A stretch of 63,535 bases of DNA, the filler included, from Globobulimina sp. (lineage: Eukaryota), in NCBI GenBank assembly GCA_003354225.1. It is 23 parts of 23 records of this genome, joined end to end, with 100 filler letters (N's around TTAATTAATTAA, not from the genome) between each part and the next. Parts side by side here need not be neighbours in the genome. Positions count along the whole stretch, not along the records: positions 24,908 to 27,574 come from PIVH01005448.1; positions 27,675 to 30,341 come from PIVH01005449.1; positions 30,442 to 33,108 come from PIVH01005450.1; positions 33,209 to 35,875 come from PIVH01005451.1; positions 35,976 to 38,642 come from PIVH01005452.1; positions 38,743 to 41,409 come from PIVH01005453.1; 17 more parts are not named here. One strand, written 5' to 3'. Position 1 is the first letter of the stretch. Every line of letters begins with the position of its first letter. Both the position numbers and the translations under genes were made by a program. A model generated the notes under the pieces. It was not told the DNA's origin and did not search any database. It saw nothing but the letters and a program-made list of their open reading frames with translations. Positions 26,992-38,930 of the stretch are shown in pieces.

Positions 26992-28146
26992 TCTTTGTGT
27001 TCAGTTGATGTTTCTAAAGATAATGTAAGAGTGGTGGTGAATATGGGTTTCGATTTGTGTTTGAATCACCGTAATTACTGAATTATGATCGTACGTTTTC
27101 ACCGTAATCACTGAATCACCGTAATGACTGAATTATGAACTGGGAGTAGCTGCCTTACAAATAACAACACAAATTCACACAAATCATATATTTTTTGATT
27201 GTCTCTACAGTTGTTTGGTTGTTTTTGGTTGTTTCTATGCTTGTTTCATTTCATTGTTTCCATGGTTGATTGTTTTGATAATTTCTATGATAGTTTTGAG
27301 ATGATCAAACGATCATTACTGTCCCAACCCCTAAAATAGACATAACACATTATACATTGGATTTCAATACCTTTGAATGCCTTTGATATTGGGTATTGTG
27401 GGTTATATCTACAAAAAACTTGAATTTTCGATCTCAATATCCCTTAGGTAAATTCATTTAGGATTTCAAAAATTGAGATTTTCAGATTTTAGATGATTTT
27501 TAATGTCGAAGTGTTCAGACTAAAACAACTTTAAGTTGACTCAAAAACATTTGAATTCCTTTAGAAAAATCTAGNNNNNNNNNNNNNNNNNNNNNNNNNN
27601 NNNNNNNNNNNNNNNNNNTTAATTAATTAANNNNNNNNNNNNNNNNNNNNNNNNNNNNNNNNNNNNNNNNNNNNTTTTAATTTATTTTGTTTCAATTATT
27701 AAATGACGCAAACCGGCACAACCGGCAAACGAAATACTTTCCATGTAGATTGGTTAGAAATGATTTGGTTTTAGAATCCGTACATTGATTCAGAAAATTT
27801 AGTATTAGGAAAGTATTTATATTTAGACTACTGGTGGTGCGTAAGGGCGTGCTCCGCGGCAGTATTTATATTTAGAAGACTCAAGTTCAGAGTTCTTTTA
27901 AAAATCTGTAAAACTAAAACGTAATCCTTTCGAACCAATCTACAGGGAAAGTATACGTTTGACATCCGGCTTAGTAAATTCTGCATTGTTTTTCTGTGAA
28001 AACCTTTCAAGTAAAGTATAATTTAAGGGAATTGATCCGCTATTTTTTGTGTTTTTACCTGTTTTGTTTCTATCCATTGTATGTCTTTTTTCCATTTGAT
28101 TTCTTCATAATAACCAATACCAATACCAGTAATACAATATCCAATC

Positions 28147-28364
28147 TTTTGTTTTGCAAGAATTATTATTTCAGATTTGTTAAATGATATGATTTGCGCA
28201 GAAATGCTGCATTTTTTCTGATTATCCTTGCACTTTGTAACTACGAAAACAATTGTAATTATCCTTGCACTTTGCACGTAGCTTCATTGTTTTAAAAAAA
28301 TGCAGCATTTCTGCGCAAATCATATCATTTAACAAATATGAAATAGTAATCCTTGCAAAACAAA
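28147..28364. repeat. ~70-bp inverted repeat with ~77-bp spacer (MITE/hairpin-like)
   Basis: Arms 28147-28217 and 28295-28364 are reverse complements with about 3 internal mismatches. Confidence 0.85.
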
Positions 28365-28975
28365 CAAGTTAAATTATCGTAAACCAAATAACCAATCTAT
28401 ATTCTCCTACATTATCTTAAACAAATCTATTTTCTCATGAACCAATCGCCAAAAACAATCTATATTCTCCTAAACAAATATAAATTATCACTTTCCAACC
28501 GAATATGTTATCCAAATCCCCATAATTTAATTTAATTCAACCGACTAATTCTTCACAGATTATCCCATCCCAAATAATCAATCTTTAAACATATCTTATT
28601 GATTCTTGTTAAATGTGAAAATGAATACAAACATAAAAATAAACATATCTTTCTTTTCTTTTCTAACGCAGCCATTTACTCATTATGTTTGATGTTTGGT
28701 GATTTACAAGCTGAAAAACTGAAATCACTTCAAATCAAGTAGCAACAGCATGTCACATTGAGCCAATTTGCTCAAACGCTCTATAACAATGTGAATGCAT
28801 AAAGACCAACATTTGCAACAATATCCAATCACTTTTACCCGCCAAATCCATCGGCCTTTTCAGTTAATTCATTGTCCGTTTTTTGAATATGAAAACAACG
28901 AAAAACAAAAGGAAGTATTGGAGATATGGCCAAAATTATTGATGAAACACAATCTTATTTTGTGTCAAGAAACCA

Positions 28976-29963
28976 TTGGTCATATTTACAATTTATTTGA
29001 AACATATTTTTTTTGACATGAAAAGCTTTAAATATGAAACAGACGAAAAAGTCATTTATTTTATCCCCTCAATGGCAGCTAACTTAATATATATTGATCG
29101 AGTTGGAATCGTTAAATCCAAGATATCCAACATTGAATATCAGATTGAAGATATCGATAATGATATTATTTATAATGTTCCATGGTCCTTAATATTGAAA
29201 CATAATGAAAATAATAATAATAATTCAAACGATAGTGATCATGTACCCCTTATTGATCATGTACCCCTTATTGATCATGAACCCCTTATTGATCATGAAC
29301 AGATTGAAACAAATACAGCAAATAATGACAATGGTATTACTCCAATTTATTGCAATATGTGTGGAGAAAACATGGATAAATTATTGGCAATGGATGTTTA
29401 TAATGATTGTACTGCCTGTGTTTGTGATGAATGTAATGTTAAACTTTCAGGTTCTCAAATTGTATACCATTGCAATCATGATACGGATGGATATGATTTG
29501 TGTGCAAAATGTATTAATAATCCAATATCAAAAAATGGTAAATATAAAAGAATAAAAATAGCAGCGTCGAATGGCCTGAATCGTATGCAATGGAGAGAGT
29601 GGGAAACGAAATTTTTGTTAGAATGTTACAAAAAATGTCAAAATGATAATAGAACAGACGTAAGCAAATGCATTGAGATAGCATGTAAATTAAGTAAATA
29701 TACAGAAACAATGAGAACGGAAAATGAACCAAATGCTCCATGGAGAACAACTAAAGCCATCCAAAATCACCACGTTTTGTTCCATATATATGCATCAATA
29801 TATATATTTTAGTTATGTTAAACCATCATATTTAGTGTAAAAACAAAGTAAAGAAAAAATTTGGTAAAAAATCAAAATCAAAACGGAAAAGAAATATATC
29901 AGATTCTGATTCTGATTCTGATGAACAGTCTAATCCGCCTGTAAAAAAACATCGACACTCTTA
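28976..29963 (+). CDS. Hypothetical protein with ZZ-like zinc finger and Myb/SANT-like region; probable intron after ~29772
   Basis: CNMCG..CVCDEC..YHC..GYDLCAKC; WREWETKFLL..WRTTKAIQNH; DHVPLI x3 repeat. Confidence 0.5.
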
Positions 29964-30453
29964 AAAACTATAAGCTTTGTGTACATTTTATTAATTTATA
30001 ATTTTATTACCAAAAAACGCCATACAAGGTGAGAGCAGTCTTAGATGCACATACCACGGTCTACACTTTCTAAAATCTAACCGAACTAAAGAATGTTAAA
30101 CATGTGTTGGAATTAGTTTGAGCATAGGAACATGCTCTTTACATGCGATGATATCAAATAGGAGATTTGTTAAATATAGCACTGAATGCAAAGCAGTAAT
30201 TATACAGAAAGGAGTTGACGATGGAATTACTAAGTGTTTATGTGATGTTGTAACTGCCGCTCTGAACGGTGACAATGATAACAGTGATGTTGAATGGCCT
30301 TATTATGAGATTAAATTTATGATTAAAAAAGATGAAGATAGNNNNNNNNNNNNNNNNNNNNNNNNNNNNNNNNNNNNNNNNNNNNTTAATTAATTAANNN
30401 NNNNNNNNNNNNNNNNNNNNNNNNNNNNNNNNNNNNNNNNNTCAAGATAGAAT

Positions 30454-31749
30454 CTATCTATTTCTTCGTTGCTTCGTCTTGTTTTTGATTTGTTGATAGC
30501 AAAAACGTCGGTCTTCGGCTTTTGCCCAGGGGTCAAAGACAACACTGGTCTGTAAAAATAACCGGTTTTTAGTATTTAAATCATTGTGGGGGGGACCGTG
30601 TATGATATCGTGATTCATATGACTGAGGGCGATAGCATCCGGACGGATGTAACGCATACTAATGTCTGGTAGTTTGGCATCGCTCCATCCGACATATTTC
30701 AAAATAAGTCCATGAGCAATACCTACCTGCGATGCTCTGGTGGTGCCTCCAATTCGGGAACTATAAGCGGAGAAACGCTTTGGTTCCAAGATGTATCTGG
30801 AATTGGCCGCGACCACTTCTTTGATTATCTTAGCGAGAGAGGTTGTGTCCACCACTTTGCCACTCGACCATACAAAGACATTTTTGTTGGCTGATAATTG
30901 AAGACTGTTTTTTTGTTTGCCATCATGGAGAGTGGCTACTAATGTCTTCCTTCGTTGTAAATAAACTCTCAACAGTCGTAGTGGGCTCAATAGTTTGCAC
31001 GGACAGGAATGATTGGTTCGTAGTACGTTGGAACAGTAGGAATGGCCAACGAATACCAATTTGGAGTCATTGAGAGATTTCATGGATTTGTGTGACACAA
31101 TCTGCATTCTGAGGAAGTGAGTGGTTGCATCGGATTCATTTGGTTTGATGAAGGCAATGTGTTTGAATTTTACACCTCTTTTGGTATCAGAATAGCGAGA
31201 AAGGAGCAGTTCCGATGGACGGGACATGGTAAAGAAGTACATTTGGATTATCAGGACTTTTAATAAAGTATCCAATGGTATGGTTTGATAATGATTTATA
31301 ACACAATTGGATTGTAATGTATATCGGATTAAATGCTGGAGCTTCAATGGTAAGCGAGAATCGGACGGCGTATCAAAACGCTTTGTGGCGCTCAATTTAA
31401 ATCTTGTATATTCATTGTCGGTGTTGAACGTAGGATGAATGTCATCAATTTGATGCAACCATAATAACATTGATTGCGCTCCACGGATACATGTGGTTTT
31501 ATTGGTTTGTTGGATACGATCCGCTATCCAAAATAGGGCGAGTGAGGGATTGGTAGGTAGATGGAATGGATTTTCTTTCAATGTGACGCAATAAAACACC
31601 CAATTCCTCAAATGTGAGATGTATTGTACTTTCGTTCCAATACATTTGTCTAAAATGTTAGTTTCAACAATAAAATCCGCTGTTTTAGGTCGTTTGGCCG
31701 CGAGTTTGTGCGTTTTCCTAAATCTTTTAAGGTACCAAGCTACACACAA
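30454..31749 (-). CDS. Tyrosine recombinase of the YR retroelement
   Basis: SRLPL, FFTMSRPSELL (R), SHKS (K), AYSSRIGGTT (HxxR equivalent), VGWS, MRYIR (Y). Confidence 0.92.
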   Translation of the reverse strand: MCVAWYLKRFRKTHKLAAKRPKTADFIVETNILDKCIGTKVQYISHLRNWVFYCVTLKENPFHLPTNPSLALFWIADRIQQTNKTTCIRGAQSMLLWLHQIDDIHPTFNTDNEYTRFKLSATKRFDTPSDSRLPLKLQHLIRYTLQSNCVINHYQTIPLDTLLKVLIIQMYFFTMSRPSELLLSRYSDTKRGVKFKHIAFIKPNESDATTHFLRMQIVSHKSMKSLNDSKLVFVGHSYCSNVLRTNHSCPCKLLSPLRLLRVYLQRRKTLVATLHDGKQKNSLQLSANKNVFVWSSGKVVDTTSLAKIIKEVVAANSRYILEPKRFSAYSSRIGGTTRASQVGIAHGLILKYVGWSDAKLPDISMRYIRPDAIALSHMNHDIIHGPPHNDLNTKNRLFLQTSVVFDPWAKAEDRRFCYQQIKNKTKQRRNR

Positions 31750-31812
31750 AAACAGTTAACATGAAAGGAAAGGTAATGGCACAGTTAAAGAGACTGTTAG
31801 ATAGGGAGTGGA

Positions 31813-33108
31813 TTATAAGGAGAAATTGGAGGCATAATTGGGATAACCAATTCGTGCGCGTTCTTGTAACGGTAGACACAGAAAGTCAATAAACGCTTGA
31901 TACTCAGCGTCAATATATTCAACATCTTGGATAGGATTATCAACATTTAATTGCTTGTTCATGAATTTAAAATCTTCGAAATAAACTGTTTCTGTTTTTT
32001 TAATGGTCATTTCCAGATTAAAGTTGTTAACCATAGTCCAGAATGTATCAAATTTATTTCTTGACAGGGCATCGGACAATCCATTGGTTGATGAGGAAAT
32101 GGCATCGATCCAAACCAAGAACTTGTATTCCAACATCAAATGACATAACTCATATATGAAAAGCATTAAATTGTATGACGAGGACCATTTTCGTTTGAAT
32201 GCATAAAAGACAGATTCATTATCAATAAAAAGATGGACTGTTTTACCAGATAAATAATATCGGAATGTATAGAGGGCCGAAAGCATTACGTGGGCCTCTT
32301 TCTGGTTAATATGCCATTGTTTGGAATGGGTTTCATTGAACGGATAATGCGACCAATATCCTCCAACTACAAAGCCGCCGTTTGTGGAGGAGGCATCAGT
32401 GGAGGCTGAAATTGTCATATTGTGATGCATCAATATTTCGGACATTGGGACAGCGAGGATTTGGTCCGCAAAAAAGTACCAATACCTCAAATCATTTAAT
32501 ATGGACATTGGTAGAATGAAGTTGTGATTTTTGGGGTATTTACCTGAACGGATATTTTGATGGATGAATTGGAGGAGGTTCCAGCACAACGCCTTTGTTG
32601 GTTGTTTCAATTGGGCCCAATGCATAATTGTGCCACATATGGATTCCAACGCTGCTCCAGTAACAACTCTGTATTGCATTGTATATAGCAATAATTGTTT
32701 GAAATTTTTATATTTGATTGGCGGAATGCCGACCATTTTGGTTTTTAAATCAAAGAAAATGCCATATATTACTGCGGTTTGGCACGCATGAATATGTCCA
32801 GACGCTTTTAAGGAGACTTGGACGTTGAGTTCACGCATCAAATCATCGAAGCGTTTCTCCATTTCTATACACTCCGCTTCAGTCACTGCTCCTAACACAA
32901 AATCGTCAATATGGACAAGGGATTTGTTACGCCATTTATGGTCAAATACTTTGTTGTCTAAAATCCATATTAAAATCCGGGCAAAGTACTGTGAGTTTGC
33001 TGGCGCTGAAGCCACTCCGTAAGGTTGTTTACGATCACGCCAAACTAACCCAAATAAGGAGTAGCAAATAAAATTGCTATCTTCTTCACAAAGTCCGATT
33101 TGACGAAA
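31813..33108 (-). CDS. Reverse transcriptase + DIRS-type RNase H, 5' truncated
   Basis: FRQI..D..QPYGVASAP, VHIDDF, IYGIFFD; RNase H STDAS, HINQKEA, FIDNES, NGLSDALSR. Confidence 0.93.
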   Translation of the reverse strand, partial: FRQIGLCEEDSNFICYSLFGLVWRDRKQPYGVASAPANSQYFARILIWILDNKVFDHKWRNKSLVHIDDFVLGAVTEAECIEMEKRFDDLMRELNVQVSLKASGHIHACQTAVIYGIFFDLKTKMVGIPPIKYKNFKQLLLYTMQYRVVTGAALESICGTIMHWAQLKQPTKALCWNLLQFIHQNIRSGKYPKNHNFILPMSILNDLRYWYFFADQILAVPMSEILMHHNMTISASTDASSTNGGFVVGGYWSHYPFNETHSKQWHINQKEAHVMLSALYTFRYYLSGKTVHLFIDNESVFYAFKRKWSSSYNLMLFIYELCHLMLEYKFLVWIDAISSSTNGLSDALSRNKFDTFWTMVNNFNLEMTIKKTETVYFEDFKFMNKQLNVDNPIQDVEYIDAEYQAFIDFLCLPLQERARIGYPNYASNFSL

Positions 33109-33208
33109 NNNNNNNNNNNNNNNNNNNNNNNNNNNNNNNNNNNNNNNNNNNNTTAATTAATTAANNNNNNNNNNNNNNNNNNNNNNNNNNNNNNNNNNNN
33201 NNNNNNNN

Positions 33209-34382
33209 TATCACAAACCAATAACTTCTCTCTTTCCATTCTCTCATAAATATATTTAAATGCTTTATTTATTTCAATTACACTCAAAATATCGCCATTT
33301 AAATGACATTCTAATAAGTGATGGAAAGCATTTATTATTTGCTTATAATTATAATTATATTTTGATTTATCACTCTCATTATATTTTGAATACGATTTTA
33401 ATTCTTTAATCATTCGATTTAACGCCTCACATTTTTGAATATCATTACATCCATTCTCATATTTAGTATCTGCATCATTAGCACTTGCTTTTTCGTCATT
33501 TGCTTTCTCATTACCAGTTAATATCGTATATAATATACGAATGAAGGATTGACATTGTTGAAAATTCCAATTACATTTTGTGTGCATATGATCAAAAATA
33601 AAGCTATCATCATCTTCTTCAATGTCTTCCACTATGTTTGTTTTTTGAAACTGTATACAATGTAATAATATTATGTTTGTTACAGAGGTTAAATAGTTAT
33701 TATGCGGTACCTCTTGTTCTTGGCAGAAATCAACAAATATTTTCACTATTTCTGGTTGATAGAAAGTTGAAAGTGTATCCGCAATGGATTGCAATTCCGT
33801 AGATAGGACTGATAGGTTAACGTTGTTGTTCTCATATTTATCATATTTAGTATCTGCATCATTAACACTTGCTTTTTCGTCATTTGCTTTCTTATTATTT
33901 TCATATTTTGAGCAATAATCAATTGCATTATTTAAATCATTTGAAAATTTAATTGCAGCCTTCATAGAAATATTTTCATCAAATCCCTTACCGAGTAACT
34001 GTGGATACATAGAATATGATTTATTATTAGTATTATTTAAATAATTTAATACATTTTGTATATTATCAATCCAATCATTCATATCGTCCTCGGATTGTGC
34101 AGTAAAAAGACGTGTTGTACTTTTAGAGGTTAATTCAAATTGATTAAATCTGCTTTTCTTTGTATTTGATTTTTTAATTTCTTTAAACATTTTCAAATCG
34201 AAAATTTCCGTTTGTTTTGTAACTTTCTTTGAATATGAACATAAATAATATCCTTTTAATACCATCCATCTTCTTCTCCATTGTTTTAAATATTTTGATT
34301 GTTTTTCAAGATAACCTTGTTTTATGATGGCATCTGCTGCTTTTTGGTCGGCAACACTGCAGTCACTGCTCCCGGTTCCCAT
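33209..34382 (-). CDS. PH-domain protein, 3' truncated
   Basis: IKQGYLEKQSKYLKQWRRRWMVL..FTAQSEDDMNDWIDNI; internal duplication KANDEKAS.NDADTKY. Confidence 0.88.
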
Positions 34383-34424
34383 TTAAAACAAAACTGTTTT
34401 TTCCGGTTTTTTCACATCAGATAC

Positions 34425-35665
34425 ATGGACTTGCTCGTCTTTTTTATTTTGATCATTCCAATATTATTGTTTGGTTTTTGCAAACTATTCGGATTCACAT
34501 ACTTGATTGCATCATTATTGGTATTACTGTTGATTCTATTCATAATGCAAAAAATCATTAATAGAATTAGTAGCTCCTATTTTACTCATTCGGCACCTAA
34601 TCACCTCATTGTTATTCAACACGGATGGCTTGGTATGAGAGTATGTATTATGCTTTGAATATAAGCACATTGTCCCACTCCATTTCAGCTCCCTGGATCC
34701 GAGCAACTCCGTTGGGGAAAGGTTTAACAGAAATGGCATCTCAACAACACGTACTCAACAATAACAATCGATACTTGATACACATAATCCGTTCCAATTC
34801 CGACGATTATTTATTTGGTTGCATAAAAACGCAGGATGGGATAAACAAAGGTGGCCAACGAACATGCAATGAAATCAAAGCTATATTGGATAAACACCAA
34901 ACTATAAATAAACTATCATTGATAGGCCAATCATTGAGTGGCTTATATATAAGATATGCTCTCAAACAACTATATGACACTCAAAATCGTGCATTTTATA
35001 ATGACATTGAACCGCGCAACTTCATAACATTGGGCTCGCCTCATTTGGGCGCTGATGATTGGATGAGAGCCAAGAAAGCCTCATTGTTTGCATCAGCTAA
35101 ATATGCTGCAAAGCTTGGATTATTACCAAAGACAGTGACACAATTATTGAGATTGGATGAGGAATTATTGCTAAATGAACTGGCAAATAACAATGAATAT
35201 TTGTTGCCATTGAGTTTATTTAATAATCGATTGATTTATGCAAACGCTATAAATGATAATCGTGTTTCTTGCAGTTCAGGATTGCTGTTACCATCGTTTG
35301 ATTATGCTGAGGAAGAACAATTAATTCAAGATTTATTTATAGAGCATATTAATTATAGCACAAAGGAGAAAATATCGATTGTTAGACCGATAGTACGAGG
35401 GAATAAAAATGAGTGTGATGTTGCGATAGATGATATTTCAATGGTTTTGAATGAAAGGAAGAAAGATGGAGAGAATGAGGAGAATGAGAATAATGAATGG
35501 TACGATAAAATGAGTAATTCAATGGAATGGAAACGGTTTGTTGTTGCAATGAATTCAAATTTTATTGATAAACATATGGCACATGGATTGTTAGCAAATC
35601 CCATTCCATTCTATAGTTCTTGTCAACCTGTTTTAGATCATTTGAATAAACATTTTGAATGGTAA
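34425..35665 (+). CDS. DUF676 putative lipase (alpha/beta hydrolase) with N-terminal TM, intron 34633-34688
   Basis: HLIVIQHG, TQDGI..GG, LSLIGQSLSGLYIRYA, NFITLGSPHLG, YANAINDNRV. Confidence 0.9.
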
Positions 35666-36220
35666 TGTTCCTTCGGAATTGTCGGAAATTTCATCAAATT
35701 GAAATTTGCGAAAACCAGGCCGGCGGCGCAGGTTTTTTATATTCTCATTACATTTTGAATTAATATTCGAATACAATTTTAATTCTATAACCATTCCATT
35801 CCATTCTATAACCAGATTTAATACATTTTGTATATTATTAATCCATTCATTCATATCCTCCTCACATTGTGCAATNNNNNNNNNNNNNNNNNNNNNNNNN
35901 NNNNNNNNNNNNNNNNNNNTTAATTAATTAANNNNNNNNNNNNNNNNNNNNNNNNNNNNNNNNNNNNNNNNNNNNTATCATGCGAACAATATAACTACGG
36001 TTAAAAGGATTTAATTTCAAAAGTGCCTGGCAACCATGGCTAGAAATATCTAAAATTAAATTAAAATTAAGTATATCGCACAAGGAATAATATTATAGAA
36101 ATATGGGGAAAAGACAGAAAAAAAAAAGAGAACGTACATAAGTATACACCGTACGTACATAAAACATTTAAAAAAAATTAATAATTATTATTGCATTGTA
36201 ACAATTTGTATTCATCGCAA

Positions 36221-36517
36221 TCATCTGATAAAACTTGGATGAGCACAAATGTCTTCAAATTGAGGAGTTGAGACAACCTCAACATATGCTTCGATGTCAC
36301 CTAATTCGATATCATCCAAATCTATCGATATCGATAGATTTTTTGGTGTGAATTTTTTCGTTTTCTCATTTTTTTGTTTGGATTTTTCTGATTTTGCTGA
36401 TTTTTTGGATTTATATCTCCAAATAATGCAAAAAATAAATAATAAAATAACAACAGCAGCAGCAATAATAATTGATACGATGGTAAATGTGCTTAAATTT
36501 TGAAACCAGTTTCTCAT
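36221..36517 (-). CDS. Single-pass membrane protein fragment
   Basis: Hydrophobic helix followed by a basic stop-transfer segment. Confidence 0.4.
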   Translation of the reverse strand: MRNWFQNLSTFTIVSIIIAAAVVILLFIFCIIWRYKSKKSAKSEKSKQKNEKTKKFTPKNLSISIDLDDIELGDIEAYVEVVSTPQFEDICAHPSFIR

Positions 36518-36796
36518 TTGTTTGATAATTATATTAACATTATTTGGTTTACCACCGTGTCCTGCGAATACGACCTAGTTATATGTGTGTATACGTTAAC
36601 AATGTTCACATTTTAGCTCATATACATTGTGTACTATGCACCTGGATTGGAACTAATATCAATAATAATACTAATAATTGCATTTTAGTTGAATTTTTGT
36701 GGTGCTTTGTCTGATATTGCTACTGGAATGCTTGTGAATTGTGAAAGGAGTTTTAAGTTAGCGCACTAACAAAACCTTTAATCGATCACTCGGAGA

Positions 36797-38642
36797 ATGT
36801 CGCAATGCAAACCAAACCTACAACAGCAACCTCAACAACAAAGGGTACCTCAAATACAAAACAGATTTAATATCGAGATAATCCGATACAGACAATTTAA
36901 TACATTACAAGGGTATATACACATTGGCCTGTTTGGAAATGATAAGAAACAAATTGTAATCAAAGAAACACTAAAACAATTAGTACAGAAAAGAAAGAGC
37001 AGAAAAGGCCCTGCCGTGCATGAAAATTTTCTTGAAGAAAAACGTATTTTATTATATTTATCGAATCAGAGCGATTTTGATCTGGGAATATGCCGCATTA
37101 TAAACAAGATTGTATGGGAAGATAATAAAAGTTATTACTATGGAATGCAATTTTGCAAAGCCGGGTTATTTGAATATATTCATTCCGAATTTGATAAAAC
37201 AAACAAAAACAGCATTATGAGCAAAATAATGAGCAATCCATCGCTTAATACACGACCATACATGCCATGGATTACAAAAATACAAAATATATTTCGCCAA
37301 ATCTGTCGATCTGTCGCTTATTGCCATAGCAAAGGTACATATTGTTGACAATTATCTGATTTACATCAATTAATATGCAAATTGTAGGCATCGCGCACAT
37401 GGACTTATCACTAGAAAACGTTTTGTTATTTGACGCGACTGGACCTATGATCAAAGTAATCGGTATGCTAACAATCCCAAATAATGTGCTTTATATTTGC
37501 TAACATATTAATAGATTTTGGCGTAGCTCACGATATCTCGCAGCATAATGGTTCCTGGATCGCCAACAAACGCGTAGGAAAAACAAATTATATGCCACCA
37601 GAGGTGTATAATAGGTCAGATTACGACTGTCGTAAAGTAGATGTGTGGTGTCTTGGTGTCGTGTTATTTATGATGTTAATTGGTTCGCCGCCCTATGTAC
37701 GACCCGTTGTAAAGCGGCATGCTCGCGATGGCAAAGGGGACACTGGCTTCACTTTTTTAATTCATGGCAGGATTGAAACGATTTTGAAGGGCTGGGACAG
37801 GACATGGATGCTCTCCGATGATGCTCTGGATTTATTGAAGAAGATCCTGACTTTTGAGGGGAAAAGAATTTGTATGGATGAATTGTTATGTCATCCATTT
37901 GTGGGATTGCGATTAAATTGTTTGCAGTTAGATGTCCATAAATGTCCCCATATTGCCAGGACTGTACAGGTGTTGGTCGAGTATAATGATGGTTTGCTGA
38001 ATGAATATGACTTTGCTCCCGTTCGACTATTAAATGATTTCAATCATATTTTACAAGATCATATCCGGGCAAATGCGCAGCAGTTTGGGTTAATTTATGC
38101 GTTGTTGCTGAAGCAGGCGAGAGGTCATACTTTAATTGATATAAATGCATCGAATGTGTTCCAGCGGTTATATAGAGATAGAAATGTGGCAGGGAAGGAA
38201 TATGAGGATGAAGATATGCATTTTGATGACAAATTATATGAAATTACACAGATTGCAGTGTTGGATAAAATATATTGTTATTTTGCATACTCAAAGCAGT
38301 TGAATTTGGACACCAGAAATAAATTTGTAACGTTTGGTTGGGATCAGATTGATTTGGATATGGATGTTGATGAGGATATAAAAATGGAGAATAAGCAAGA
38401 AATGCGTGATGCAGTGGACATAGGTGGTGGTGGTGGGTTATTCGAACACGATGTTTATGATATTACCACTCCGATCTTTTATGATTTTAACTCAGCAATA
38501 GATTATGTTAATTCACTAAAAGAAAATCCGCCGCAAAAAATGAACTATAAAAACATTAGTTTATACGAAACAACTGATAAAATTTGTGTTCATTATGATT
38601 TTTGTAAAGAAAAATTTGTCACTCCAATGATTCAAGTATTTG
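36797..38642 (+). CDS. Ser/Thr protein kinase (CAMK-like, non-RD) with C-terminal extension, two introns
   Basis: TLQG, IVIKE, HMDLSLENVLL, DFG split by an intron, VGKTNYMPPE, DVWCLGV, HPF. Confidence 0.9.
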
Positions 38643-38930
38643 NNNNNNNNNNNNNNNNNNNNNNNNNNNNNNNNNNNNNNNNNNNNTTAATTAATTAANN
38701 NNNNNNNNNNNNNNNNNNNNNNNNNNNNNNNNNNNNNNNNNNTGTAGCTACCAATCAACAAAACAAAATTACTTAAGAAATATGAGAATTGCAATAGATA
38801 TTTTCCGTAAAATCTATTTTGTAACAGATTTTTAGGTAAATCTGCAGAAATGGGTAAGGATCAGGCATAAATGCAAAATAATAATAAAAAACTTCAACTT
38901 TTGAATATCATTATTCTGTAATCCATTTTC

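Larger units (their letters stand above)
30442..33108 (-). mobile_element. DIRS/Ngaro-like tyrosine-recombinase retrotransposon (internal portion)
   Basis: RT-RNase H ORF directly followed by a tyrosine recombinase ORF on the same strand. Confidence 0.93.

Noticed and set aside
22260-27140. Short tandem duplications near 22260-22325, 24908-24975 and 27062-27138
   Set aside because: Two to four degenerate units without unique spacers; ordinary minisatellite-like repeats
35700-35875. Fragment resembling the PH-domain end at 34040-34100
   Set aside because: Short truncated paralogue at a contig end with no further support
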